From Phoronis australis (lineage: Eukaryota > Animalia > Phoronida): a stretch of 64,000 nucleotides of DNA. The notes beneath the pieces are model-generated. The model was not told where the DNA came from. It saw only the letters and a program-made list of their open reading frames with translations, and did no database searches. Shown piece after piece: positions 52,660-64,000 of this stretch. The stretch lies in assembly GCA_002633005.1 (NCBI GenBank), contig NMRA01000822.1, positions 1-64,000 on the forward strand, in the 5' to 3' direction. How positions within the stretch are numbered: position 1 is the stretch's first letter; every line of letters starts with the position of its first letter. The translations under genes and the position numbers were made by a program.

Positions 52660-53583
52660 CCTCCAAAAGATAGATCATGAAAGCGAAGGACAACTGCATA
52701 TTACGTAATATTGTAAAATTCCGTCTAATGTTATGTAGGATCTTATTGGCAAGCCTGTGTGTTTATCCAAATCTCTACTAAACTATTAAAACAGTAAAAT
52801 ATAAATCCTCTGAAAGTGGTGAGGCTGTGGAGTGTGAATTGTTATCAATCTGCCACTAATTTAGCAAAATGAAGCTACATCAATGGCAAAACCTCGGTAT
52901 CAACCACGTGACCAAATTTAGTGTTACAGTTTTCTAAATTATCACTTTATTTTTGTTTTAATCATTTTTTATGTTTTTATAGAAATGTTTTAAGTCCAAT
53001 TTGTGATAGTCCGTCTAACAAAAGTGAAACATTTGAAAAGAATTCCTAACACAGCGTTGTAGTGGACAATGCGTGAATGGTCATAAGAATCCCATCTCTG
53101 CTATTTATTGCTCCTGAGTTGGCCAAATTTTTGACATTTTCTAGGGTCCTACATACATTTAATCTTGATGACGAGAAAAGATCACTTTTCTTGAATGTTG
53201 AACCTTAGACGATTGTATACTGCTATGTATGTGATATAAAGGGCCGATGGAAGTCAGTAGCTACTGTATATCAGCATGTCAGTTTTTCCCCACGTTATCA
53301 TTAATTTCAAATACCATTCACCACCTATTGTCTCCTTCATTCACCCTTTCCCCACAACCGCATTCCTCCCTCCACGGATGTCGGTGTTGCATTCACCAAC
53401 TCCTCCGGCGTCAGTATTGCCTGCGCCTCCTTCCCCCGGGGGTTATCATCGCCTCAACCCCCCCCCCACTCACATCCTAGTGTTAGTATTGCCTGCGCCT
53501 CTTCCCTACCCGGGTTATCATCGCCCCACCTCCCCACTCACATCCCTGTCACCTTATCCCATTATTGCATATCTTGTACATAC

Positions 53584-54450
53584 TGTTGATGCCGTGCATC
53601 ATTTTTTGTCATTGGTTGTTGTATTTCATTTACGTGTTACGCTGTTTATTTTCTTTCTAGGTAGCAGGACACCTTTCACCGCTGTGATTTGGTTTCTTTT
53701 AGCAAGCAGGTTCTTTCCAGTGGTTACAATAGCATTTGCATAGTCGAATAGTAGCTTGACCGGCTGGCCATTGTTACGTATTAGCATCTGTATGTTACGC
53801 GGGTTTTGGTGACTAGCGTTTCATGAGTTTACCGGCATTCGTTGACAAGATCTGTAACACGAATTATGTGTTTTCCTCGGTTGCTGGAACTTTTATATTA
53901 AGCACAGACTGTTAGCCAAACTGTTGTAAGTACTGAGTATTATGGCATAGCATGTTGTACTTGTGTGTATCTACTAGCTGAGTTTAGAGCGTACTTAGTT
54001 GTTGTTGTTTGACGTATAGTTTCCTTCAGCTGCTTGTTTGGCGTGTATGTTGCGCGGTACCCGGTTCATAGAATAAATAGTTACGGGTCGCAGTTAGGCA
54101 ATTGTTTGTGTACGGTAATGGTTCCCAGTTGTAGAATAGATAGTACGGGTTCCAGTTAATTATGTATTGTTAGCGAGGTAGTATTTGCCTGTCATAGAGT
54201 CATTCGCGCGAGTCTTTCTAACGCTCTGATATAGTGCTTGTTAATTTACGCTTGCTTGCCGAATACTCAGACTGTGTGTGTTTTTTCTTTATTGTAGATA
54301 ACCACGCTTTTCCGGTTTCTCCTTTTCAACGCTTGTTCAGTTTCTCATTCAACGCTTGTTCGGAAACTTTCCATCGCTTGCAACTAAATAATAAAGTGTG
54401 TTATGCAAACGGCTTCTTTTAATTTATCCCTGTAGCCAGACGCGGCTACA
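53584..54450 (+). mobile_element. Probable solo LTR (867 bp) in the NTase-TPR intron
   Basis: TG...CA termini (TGTTG ... CTACA), perfect 5-bp TSD CATAC (53579-53583 and 54451-54455), AATAAA at 54390. Confidence 0.7.
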
Positions 54451-56680
54451 CATACTCTTGTTATTTATGTTACTTTACTAGTCCATCTCTACTCCTCGTT
54501 AGTCATTTTGTTAGACCACTATATATTTTATGTACATATTATGTTTAAACTATTACTTAACATCATCTAGTCGACATGATCTGTTAGCTCAACTCTAACC
54601 TTACTCTGCGTTAGCCATTTTATTAAGCAACTGTATAGGATGTGTGAACGTGTTTAGTTTTAACTTGTTCCTCTACCTCAACTAGCCTAGTTTGTCCGTT
54701 AGCCATTTTGTTTCTCTTATATTTTTAGTTGCTAGCTTACATTTTATTTTGTTGTATCATTTATAATATTCTTTACAACTGCCCTTCGTTTGTCTAAGTA
54801 TGCAGTTATTCCTGTCACGACACAGGGTGAGACAACAACTGGCATTTGTTCAAGTCTCGGGCAATCGCACCTCCCCCTCCAGTTTGGCACCCGGAGTTAG
54901 GGTTGGGTATCCGGTTGACACTACTTGCACGCAGTCGGGCACATCGTTCATTTCATTCCTCTCATTTTGTGCGTCCCTGCGGATACCCTTGAGCTGTCTT
55001 ACAACATATCCTGCGGTGCTTTTCTATTGTCCATCTTACCATAAATTATCCTTTTTTACTTTACTTATGTTTATTCACTACCTATTACTTGTAATTGTAT
55101 TAGTCGTAATAAATGACCTTATATCGTCTATCTCCGTCTTCTTTTCGGCTCTGGCAATGAGCTTGTGACGCAAGAACCTTTATATATTATTCGGGATATA
55201 TGTCGATCATAAATAACGATGTGTTAACATTTTTAGTTAAGTGTCTGAACTCATTTTTACCATGCAGAATGTTTCGTTATTTGTGGCACTAAATAGTTGT
55301 ACCTTCTGACACAGCACCATCTATACTGAAAAATGGCCCTATGGAAACACGAACGACAAACGAAATTCCGTGTGTGGGCATCAATGCGCATGCCTTGGTC
55401 GGAAATATACCGATCACAACGCCACCACTTGAACATGCCTTCATACACTGTACCTGTTTGAGCTTAAGCCACTGGATCGGGGTTTCTTTGACTTTGTTTA
55501 CTTCGACCACTGTCCGTTTTAATATATTGCAGCTTTTCAAGTCAAACAACATATCAATAAAATGAAAGAGGGTTTCCCAGATTTCAACCAATGGGAATAA
55601 CTGAATGTTATGACGTCGATTTCATTGCTTTAACCAATGAGAAGTCCTGTTTAACAGTATTCCACATTGCTACCTTTCGTAGCACTGCTCAATAGTGTGT
55701 AAATAGTTGTCGCTGAGTATTCTAGATGTAGGAAAATGAAATCGAATACATCTGTGTCAGTAGTGACGTCTGGGGGAAGTGGTGCCTTGAAGGTATGGTG
55801 AAGTCGATGGCGACAAGGAGGGACGCCAAATTGTATGGTTCTGGTGGGTGAATTGGCGGGTGACCGAAAATGGGATTATATTGATGGTGCGGAACTCTTG
55901 TTGACCGGAAGAGGGGGATTGATGGCCGACAAGTTGGGACGTAAATGGGTGTTATGGTGGGAGTGGCATGAACATTTAGCCAATACAAAATAAAATTCTT
56001 TCTAAGCTCATGCTGGGGTCAATCAGCTTCAAATAGTCATAGAACCACATCAACTTCACAGAAATAGTAGTTCAATTGTTAAAATGTCGTGTCATAAACT
56101 GCCATGTTTGTTAATAGATTACATACTGCATTTATCTATTATGAAGACCAAAAGAGCTCCAGAAAGTATTCTAAATGTGGACACTAGAGCAACGCAAAGC
56201 GTTGAAATGCACCCACAACTGCACTACTAACAACATTCTTCTTTTTCAACACTAATCAAAATAATATTAATGTCGTGAAAATGGTCACAAGGTGTCACAG
56301 AATATGTCCAAAAGTCATTTGACCATTTCACGGGACTCAGTGAAAAGTTCATCCCACCTATTTAGTGCATGAATAAAGTTGCAAAAAATTTGTCCCTTCA
56401 GCACACCATATCACGTGACCTGATGAATATAGGTCTGAAAAGATTTCTGACCCGGACCGGGACTAGAAACTATCACTTTCTGCTAACGTTGCAGATGCTC
56501 TATAGCCATTGAGCCGCAGTGACCACTAGTCAAACGCCCGAAATCCGACAATCAGACTTCAGTGGTGGGCATCTTACCCTTGATCCCCATTGTGAGTAAA
56601 GTTGTATGTGATTTACTGCGCCAACCTAGTTAGGAACACACTGAATGCTAGTTATGTTTCGATCCAAAGTCTTGACTTAC

Positions 56681-56705
56681 CAACACTTTGAGTAGCTCCC
56701 GCCAT
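56681..56705 (-). CDS. First coding exon of the intact NTase-TPR gene (MAGATQSV plus 1 nt)
   Basis: ACACA-ATG-G Kozak-like context, 25 nt, GTAAGT donor at 56680; joins in frame to 51079 giving MAGATQSVDGLSTLDEREQ. Exon length, donor and upstream UTR are conserved in the paralog (42441-42515). A ttccAG acceptor at about 56747 implies a further upstream non-coding exon. Confidence 0.8.
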
Positions 56706-57009
56706 TGTGTCGTCTGGATTCTTGGTTTCACCAGCTGGAATTCTAACTGGAATGAAATCATAAATTTGTTCACTAGTCAGTGAGAGAGGATTCTTTTAGA
56801 CTTTGGCGTGAACAAGGATGACATCTTCCTGATGAAGTTTATCCAAAAAAGGAACAGTGTGTAATAGAAATCCCTGGGCAGCAATTGAAGAAATATTTGG
56901 CTCAGGAAAATGATAGAAAATAAGAGCAATTTAAGGGAAAATATGAAACCATGAAATACGCTCATAAGTCATATCTTAGCTTAATGTAGTGAGATAATCT
57001 GTACTAATG

Positions 57010-59251
57010 CAGTGTTCTCCACGACCACTTTTAACGTGTCGCAGCGTCCTGTTTGGCCGAGCGCGCGTCCTGTTTAAATGTCCCGCGTCCTGTTTAAAAA
57101 TCCAGCGTCCTGTTTAAAAATCCCGCGACCGCCAGTTTAAAATATAGGTTCTACTTTGTAAAAAAGACGTCGTCGCCGTTAATAAGTTCTTCACTGGTTC
57201 AAATTACGCTTGACAGCAACTGGCCATAGCCCACTGAAACTGAATAAAGGCTAAGCCTAAGGAAGTCGGTGGTCCGTTGTGGACAGCCTAATCATCGGAC
57301 TCAGTCAAGCGGCAGACCGGGCCGCAAGTCTATTTATGATGTAACGCGGCGTGTAAATAATCTCTCGATTATCTTTTCAATTCATCCTGAACAACTAGTC
57401 AATTTAAACAAAGGCCCAGTGCTACCTATACGCCTAATCCACTACCTGCTCACTGGAGGTGCAGTCCGGCACGAAAGTAGCTGATCGTTGCGTTAGGCCT
57501 TTTCGCTTTTGCAGTCACCTTTTTGTGTTCGGCGGAGAACTAAATCATATTACCCATTGAAAATAAAATAATTAAGGCTCGGTGGTTAGTTCTGCGAAGT
57601 GTATGTTGTCAGCAAAGACACCGTTGCGCAGCCGTTTATGCAACGGCCGTCTTCTGGGAGGCCAGAATTTTGGTTTTCGTAGCACATTTTTCAATATTCC
57701 GTGGGCCCCACGACAGACTTTACCGATACCAGTCTCAAAAACATTTGCATGAAACTGCCTTTGATGGTTCTCATTGGTTGTTGTTTGTGTATTTCTCACT
57801 TAGATGAATATTATTGGTTACTTTTTGTGCCACCGGCCCATTGAGATTGACCGAGTTCATCTCGTTGCCTTATAAGGAGTTTCGTTGGCAGCATGAACAT
57901 TATGTTTGTGGCGCATACTCCCTCTAAAAATCTGCCGAGCCGTTCGCAAACTCAACTTCGACAGTGGCTGTGACGTTTGCGGTTTCGGGGGAGTATTCCG
58001 AGATTTGGGACAGCGGGTGACGTCACTGAGTAAAGTTCAAAATATATGTGTTTCGCGCTAAGAAATTGCAGCCAAAATCAAGTGCTCTCATTGAAATCAA
58101 GCGGTAATATCTCGCGTAATCTCGCAGAGTTTTGTTTACCTAGCGTGGTCCTTACGTTAGTGAATTCTATCCTGGCTTCCGTTACCAATTGACATGCGCA
58201 TTCTACATACTTAGAAATGTCGTCTGCCGCGCGAAAGCGAAGCACCGCTAAACCTAAGGATTATTTTAAAAACCGAGAGATGTTTCAGATACTGACGTTG
58301 ACTCAGATGCATATACGACAGATAATCCAGGGCCAGATGGTGGTGATATTGCCGGGCTCGGTCAACGAATCGAAGATATCCGTGTCACAACCGGTGAACC
58401 GAATTTTTGCCGACAACGTCAGACATCGGCAATACAAATGAATACAATTCGCTCTAACATGAGAATAGATGATTTTCATCTGGAAGAATGAGTGTGACAA
58501 TCCAGAAAATTATGGGAATTCCATAGTTGCAAGCGTTTGATAATTCGGTTGATATCTTTTTAGAAATATTGGTTGTCATCAACAGGCCTGACACTCCCGT
58601 CCAAGTAGGTCTAGATGGAAAAATTGCAAGTGAATTGTTTGTTTTGTTTACCCTACCTAATTTGCATTCAAGGGGACTCGCGTATTGTGCAGTTTTTACA
58701 AGAGTTCTGGTAGTGCAGAAGTGCAATATGTTGTACCGTCTTCAGAACATCGAATTCAGACTTTAAGAATGTGCAAGATATTACACGTACAGACTGAGAG
58801 AAAACGTAAACTCTGTTATCAAGACATAAAAATGTGACTGAGTTAACAAAGACACTTCACTTGGACTGTCTACGTCATAGGAAAAGTTTACTTCTGTGTT
58901 AGACTTTTTGTACTTAGTTGACATTGACATCATTATTGAGTAGCCTAATACATTTCCCCATACTGTATCAAACACTCTGTAGACTTCCATTTCAAAGTCA
59001 TTGACTGAGCAAATGGGTTATGACATATGTGATATGTTTGTAAATAAGTCCAACTTTTAAAAATAAAAAGTTGAATACACACAGTTATTTGTTTGCACTA
59101 CTGTGCATTACTATTAAAATGAGTGGGTAAAAATAAGGTGCACAAAAAACTGCACACTAGCTTATGGAGAACATTGACCGCCGCGCGGTTCCGGCACGTT
59201 GCAGTTTTTACGCGTGCGACCTGTTTAGATTTTCAGATGTGGAGAACACTG
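57010..59251. mobile_element. 2.24-kb non-autonomous hAT-like DNA transposon with a 5-bp TSD
   Basis: Perfect 13-bp TIRs CAGTGTTCTCCAC ... GTGGAGAACACTG, TSD TAATG (57005-57009 and 59252-59256), subterminal GCG(T/A)CCTGTTT repeats; no intact transposase. Confidence 0.85.
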
Positions 59252-62200
59252 TAATGGCCTTTTTCGAAGTGAACACCAGGTTATAATGCTAAAAGTAATA
59301 CTAGGGTCTCACTGCATACACTACTACATCGTACGTCAAAGCAAACAAATTTTTTGGTTGGTTAATTTCGGTGAAATCAGGAATGTTCTAAAAAAGTTCA
59401 GACTTGGGGAGCAAAGAACTTGTGAGACATGCAAGCCAGGTTTATGTACTGTTGAAATGAGGTGTGTGACGACGATGTGTACCGAGAAAGCGGTGCTGCG
59501 GCGTGAAGACGTTTGTAGAAGAAAGTCGCAAACTGATCGGTCTTCTACCCGCCACAGGCAATAGGAAAACATCATTTTTTAACAAATTCATAGACGTCTA
59601 CTGATGAAGTTCGATTAGAACCCATTATGTATTGTATTCTGTTCACTCAACGTTATTCTGGCGCAGCAGGAATGCTGCTGACGTATTATTCTTGCGCGGA
59701 GCCCAGAGACCAATTCTATACTGACTAATGAATAAGATGGGGCCATTTTTGTTACGATGAACTAGTGGTCTAAATCAAAAGTTGGGTTTTGGTAGAAACC
59801 CTGAATAATTAGGGTCCGTTACCAGGTGTTTGAATGAAAGTACTGGATCAATTCATAACAAAAAGTTCTTTTTAACTCTGTTACTTATTGGGAACTACAT
59901 TGTGGTCAAACTTAAATATTGCGCATTTTGTTATGCTCTGTAATTACTACCAGACAGCATTAATTTCAATCTACTCAATACGTATATCAAGTTATATTGT
60001 TCAATAAATGAAAGTCGATGTCCGACCAATTCAATACACTGGTTTAATTGAAATGGTTGCAAAATTTATAGTGAATTTAGTCCAGTAAACGTAAATTATC
60101 AAATCTTTAACCCACCTGTTCGCAAAACCCCTCTCTCTTTTCTTACTTGTCTTATGACACCTAAGGCAGATAAGGCGGAGTTAAGTCACATTAGGACGTT
60201 AAAGTCACAGTCAGTTGTTATTTTCTGCTGTCACAGAAGTTTAACGTTCAACTTTAAAATCGTTTGCACAGTGAATACATGCATGATCTCAAAGCCGTCA
60301 TTTCTTCAGGCGAACTTGTTTGAAAGTGTCAATCGGTGCGTGTTTATATAGGTTGTTTAACGTTTGTACCAGGACAATGGGGAGGCGTATTTCAATGACG
60401 TCGGAACAAAGACTTGTTTTTCAAGGAAAAAGCGTAATCGAGGCAGCCAGCTTATTCGTGTGTACGTCGAAATTCCTCGAAAACTGCAACGTGGCATTTA
60501 CGCAACATGTCAAGCTGGCGTCTGGAGATCTACATTGTCACCCTCCTAAAATCTGTTCGTGGTGGCGCGAATGAAAACTTGAACTGACGCAGGCCGATTG
60601 TCCATTTGTGGTTATGTACCGCTAGTATATTCATTTTATTGTTTCACACGTGTGATCAAGTCACCATTTATACTTCCTATTTTAAACTCAAAAGTATATT
60701 ATTATAACATTGCCATTCACTGTCACCACTAAAATTTCCCCGGCCCATGAGACCCCCCACCCCCCACCCCCCATAGAAATGGCCGCACATTATTCGCATT
60801 TTCCATTCTTCTGCTGCTCGATCCAGAGATACTAAATTCTAATGACGTAATTACTGAAAAATTGGTCGCAACCCCAAAAACGAGCCATCGATTGTGGTTT
60901 CCACTGGTAGTTTTATAGGGGTGGGGGCAAGGGGGCCATGGCCCACTCTAAATTTTTCCCGGATTCCATTTTGCAGTTTGTCCACAACCGATTCCGAGAA
61001 TGTTCACGTGTCGAATTGGCAATACAGAGTTTGTCATGGTCAGTGATTTCTCAGCTGTAAATGTAGAGGTCCGTGATAATCACAAAAACGCTCCATTCAA
61101 AGGGGCTCAAATAATTTTGAAAACACTGGAATAAAGAGCTTATAAAATAAGGCATATTGAACGTATTCCGGTATTATGCATAGTAGAATTACGTGCGCTG
61201 ATCTGGCTTAGGTCTCTTGTGACCATGTTTACTGAAAAATAAATGCTAGTTTAAAAGGTTATTCAAATGTCATACAGAGCAAATAACTGTACAGCAGGCG
61301 GTACTACATTTGGGGCACAAGAAATATAAAAATGTGCCAGTTTCCGTATATACGCCTTTGGAAAAAATTCCGGTAGAGTTTAAATTTCTATACACTCAAA
61401 ATTAATCAGGCAGAATGTTGGGTCTAGAGATGAAGAAGCCAAGTCGAAATAGACTAAAACAAGAGTGCAAGTTGGAACAGGCGTGTACAGCGCTTCAGGC
61501 CCGTGATAGGGCCACGACGATTCCTCGATGTTTCCTCACTGACGCTGCGCATGCGCATGCCCCCGCTTCCAATCATCTGCTTCATAAGTTGCAATATTTT
61601 CGTTTTTGAGTAATTTCGTGTTCATGCTTCTTGCCAAAATGCACAGCTGCGATTCCTTTGACGGATACGTACAAGGTATGAATGCTTGGGTACGTGACTT
61701 ACAGTAATTTCCAACCCTTTCGTAGGCTACAAGCTTTGTGTTCTGCCGAATACATCGTCCATAGGTGACTTACATGTAATCGTATTTGGCAAAGCACTTC
61801 ATTGATTCGCTTTAACAAAGCGAAAGAACATGTTCATCAACGTTTCACATGCGCGCACCCAGGGGGGCTCTGGGGCCTCGAAACAAAAATCGGAGAAATC
61901 GAGACAAAAGTCCACTACAAAGGCAGGAATTTTATGAATTCGGCGAATGCACAATTCATAATTCTGAAAGTACCCCGTTTTTTCAGTAAAAAGTCAACAT
62001 TTTCAAAAAATTGAACCCCTTATATTTTAGGCTGTGTGTGTGCATCTGCACAATGCAACAGTATTTTTAATTCATATGTCGGAATACCATCCTTAAGTTG
62101 CAGCCGAATTATGGACAGTTGATCGACAGTTTTTTCGAGTACAGTATGTAAGTCAAACACAAAATGACACACTCAAGGCCGCCTGCCTTCTACATCAGTG

Positions 62201-64000
62201 GTCTCAGAAGGAAATATTCTGTTCATGTATAGAAATTGTGTCACGAACTTCTTATAGCAATATGTCACCATGGTGACGGTTTGATTTTAATTTTGTGTCC
62301 AGTGTCAGAAGAAATAATCCAGCTTGTGGAAATCAAACAAGGTAGGCTGACTACAATTTTGAATTTCATTTATTATCTCGCTGAAACGTATTAAAGGCGT
62401 AAATCAGTCCAAGTACCAGTAGATAGATCCCACCATCACTAGTGTTTTTCTGTCATTTCTATCGTTATGTTGAAAGTTATATTCCAAACATCTCGTTAAT
62501 GAGTACCGTATGGTGTGTCACGTGGTGCTCATAGTTTTGGTCACTTTACGGTTGTTCTAGTCAGAAAAATTCAAAGTTTGTCTCCAATAAGCGGACGATT
62601 TGTCGAACCTAAATTTTTACCTAAAGGTTCACCGGTGGCCAAAACAAAACGAATGATCCAAAACAAGTGTTTGTGTACATTGTATTGATTTCATCAAATT
62701 CGAATCACTTGTTCGGTAAACAACGTGAAAGCCTGACGGACCCAAAATACAACATTACAAATTTTTAAGTTTATGTTCCGTTCCTCAGTGTTCGCCTCTT
62801 CAATGCCGAATAGTAGATTTAGACCATCCGTAATGCAAAACCTTCCCCCTTACAAAATTGCCCATACCAGGGCCCCCAAAGCGCAACACAAGCACTTTTA
62901 GTTAACAAATATTCGCTAAATTTTCGATGCATGTTTGGCTGTGTCTTAAATATCGCGCTTGCCCCTGCGCCACGCCACATAAAGGGGACTCTTACTCTAC
63001 CAATTCTCCCCGCCTCTTACGTCCTTGTTTAGTGGAGGGAGCGCTGCCCAAAACTTTGCAAGTGGAACGAGCTCCCCTGCCCCTGCTTCCTAAACGTATG
63101 AATTTGCACACACATTAAACTGATTCGCCTTCAATTGTCGGCGCAGACCCGCCCTCCCCGTCCTTCCCCTTGCAATTTTTACGGCCTTTCTCCACCGGCA
63201 CTGATATGTCGCAAACCGAAATTAAACCGAGCGTTTATGAGCTTGAATTTGTTGCTTCTCTAACACCGATTCAATCAATTGTTGGATAAATGCTATTCAT
63301 TTAGAATCGATTATGCACTTATGTAACAAAATTTTGGTGAACAATGAGAAAATAAAGATAATATTACAGAACTCTAGACAAGAAGCATTAAGTTGTGTCA
63401 GCACAAATCCTTTGAGACAGCAGACGTGAAAACTTTGAATTTGTATCATTACTTTATTTACGAGTTTAAATTTGTACTTTAAAATGCTTATTTTGCTGTT
63501 TTGCCATTTTTCATGCATATCTAATATTTCAAGAAGCCACCGAAGTTTAATTTGATTTTATACGGGACACATTTGTAGAGTGTACGATGTAGGAAGGAGG
63601 CCAACACACTTTCAAAAGGTAACGCGAGCTATGATGGCGACCGCTAAATTTACTGTGTAATTTCCTCGGTGTGGTAGTTAGAGGACCGTACCAGGGGGAA
63701 CCTCAGCATACCGACGGGAGGAAAAAATAGAACATTGCAGGCGGCCCAATACCTGAACAGCATCGGGCGTGTGCAGGCCGCATAGGTCGGGTCAATTGCA
63801 TAAAACACCCGATTTAAAACACACGAGAACCCTCTTATGTAAGTATAGTAATTAGGTTCTTCCAGAGGGAGCTTGCAGAAACCCGTACCCAAGTACCAAG
63901 GACCATGTGGTAGATAAGTTTTACACTTAACATGTTTTTTATCTTCTATAAATAAAGTTATTATTATTATTATTATATTATAAGTAGGCTACATACATTC

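Noticed and set aside
53276-53743. 155-aa Pro-rich/hydrophobic ORF
   Set aside because: Arises from a short C-rich tandem duplication running into a solo LTR.
55257-55591. Cys-rich minus-strand ORFs inside the NTase-TPR intron as an extra exon
   Set aside because: No counterpart in the paralog intron and no recognisable domain; exon 1 already joins the main exon in phase.
57010-59251. Transib/RAG-like transposon (5-bp TSD)
   Set aside because: Termini are CAG, not CAC; no heptamer/nonamer arrangement and no RAG1-like coding sequence.
60320-60574. Ubiquitin-like fragment (EQRLVFQGKS)
   Set aside because: Only about 10 residues resemble QRLIFxGK; the rest does not fit the fold and there is no clear gene structure.

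Overview
AT-rich, repeat-dense eukaryotic DNA, most consistent with a draft assembly of an invertebrate animal (spliceosomal GT-AG introns, N-gaps, Penelope/L1/CR1 relics, MITEs, solo LTRs). It is not prokaryotic and has no CRISPR array. Genes: (1) an intact single-coding-exon TRIM-NHL E3 ligase (RING, B-box, coiled coil, NHL; + strand, 17465-19258); (2) two tandem minus-strand paralogs encoding an N-terminal Pol-beta-fold nucleotidyltransferase (bacterial GlnD/GlnE/DUF294-like, followed by a DUF294_C-like helical domain) fused to a long array of about 42-aa TPR repeats. One copy is intact (1143 aa: a 25-nt first coding exon at 56681-56705 plus a 3.4-kb exon at 47673-51079); the other is pseudogenised (36908-42465); (3) probable exons of a Lys-rich gene at the left edge. 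The NTase-TPR pair is the best candidate for an undescribed system. The catalytic core is about 95% identical at the DNA level between copies while the TPR part is highly divergent and differs in length, the pattern expected of a variable-sensor / conserved-enzyme innate immune receptor (function is inference). Several transposon insertions can be delimited exactly by TIRs and TSDs. All domain calls were made by motif recognition, not database search.
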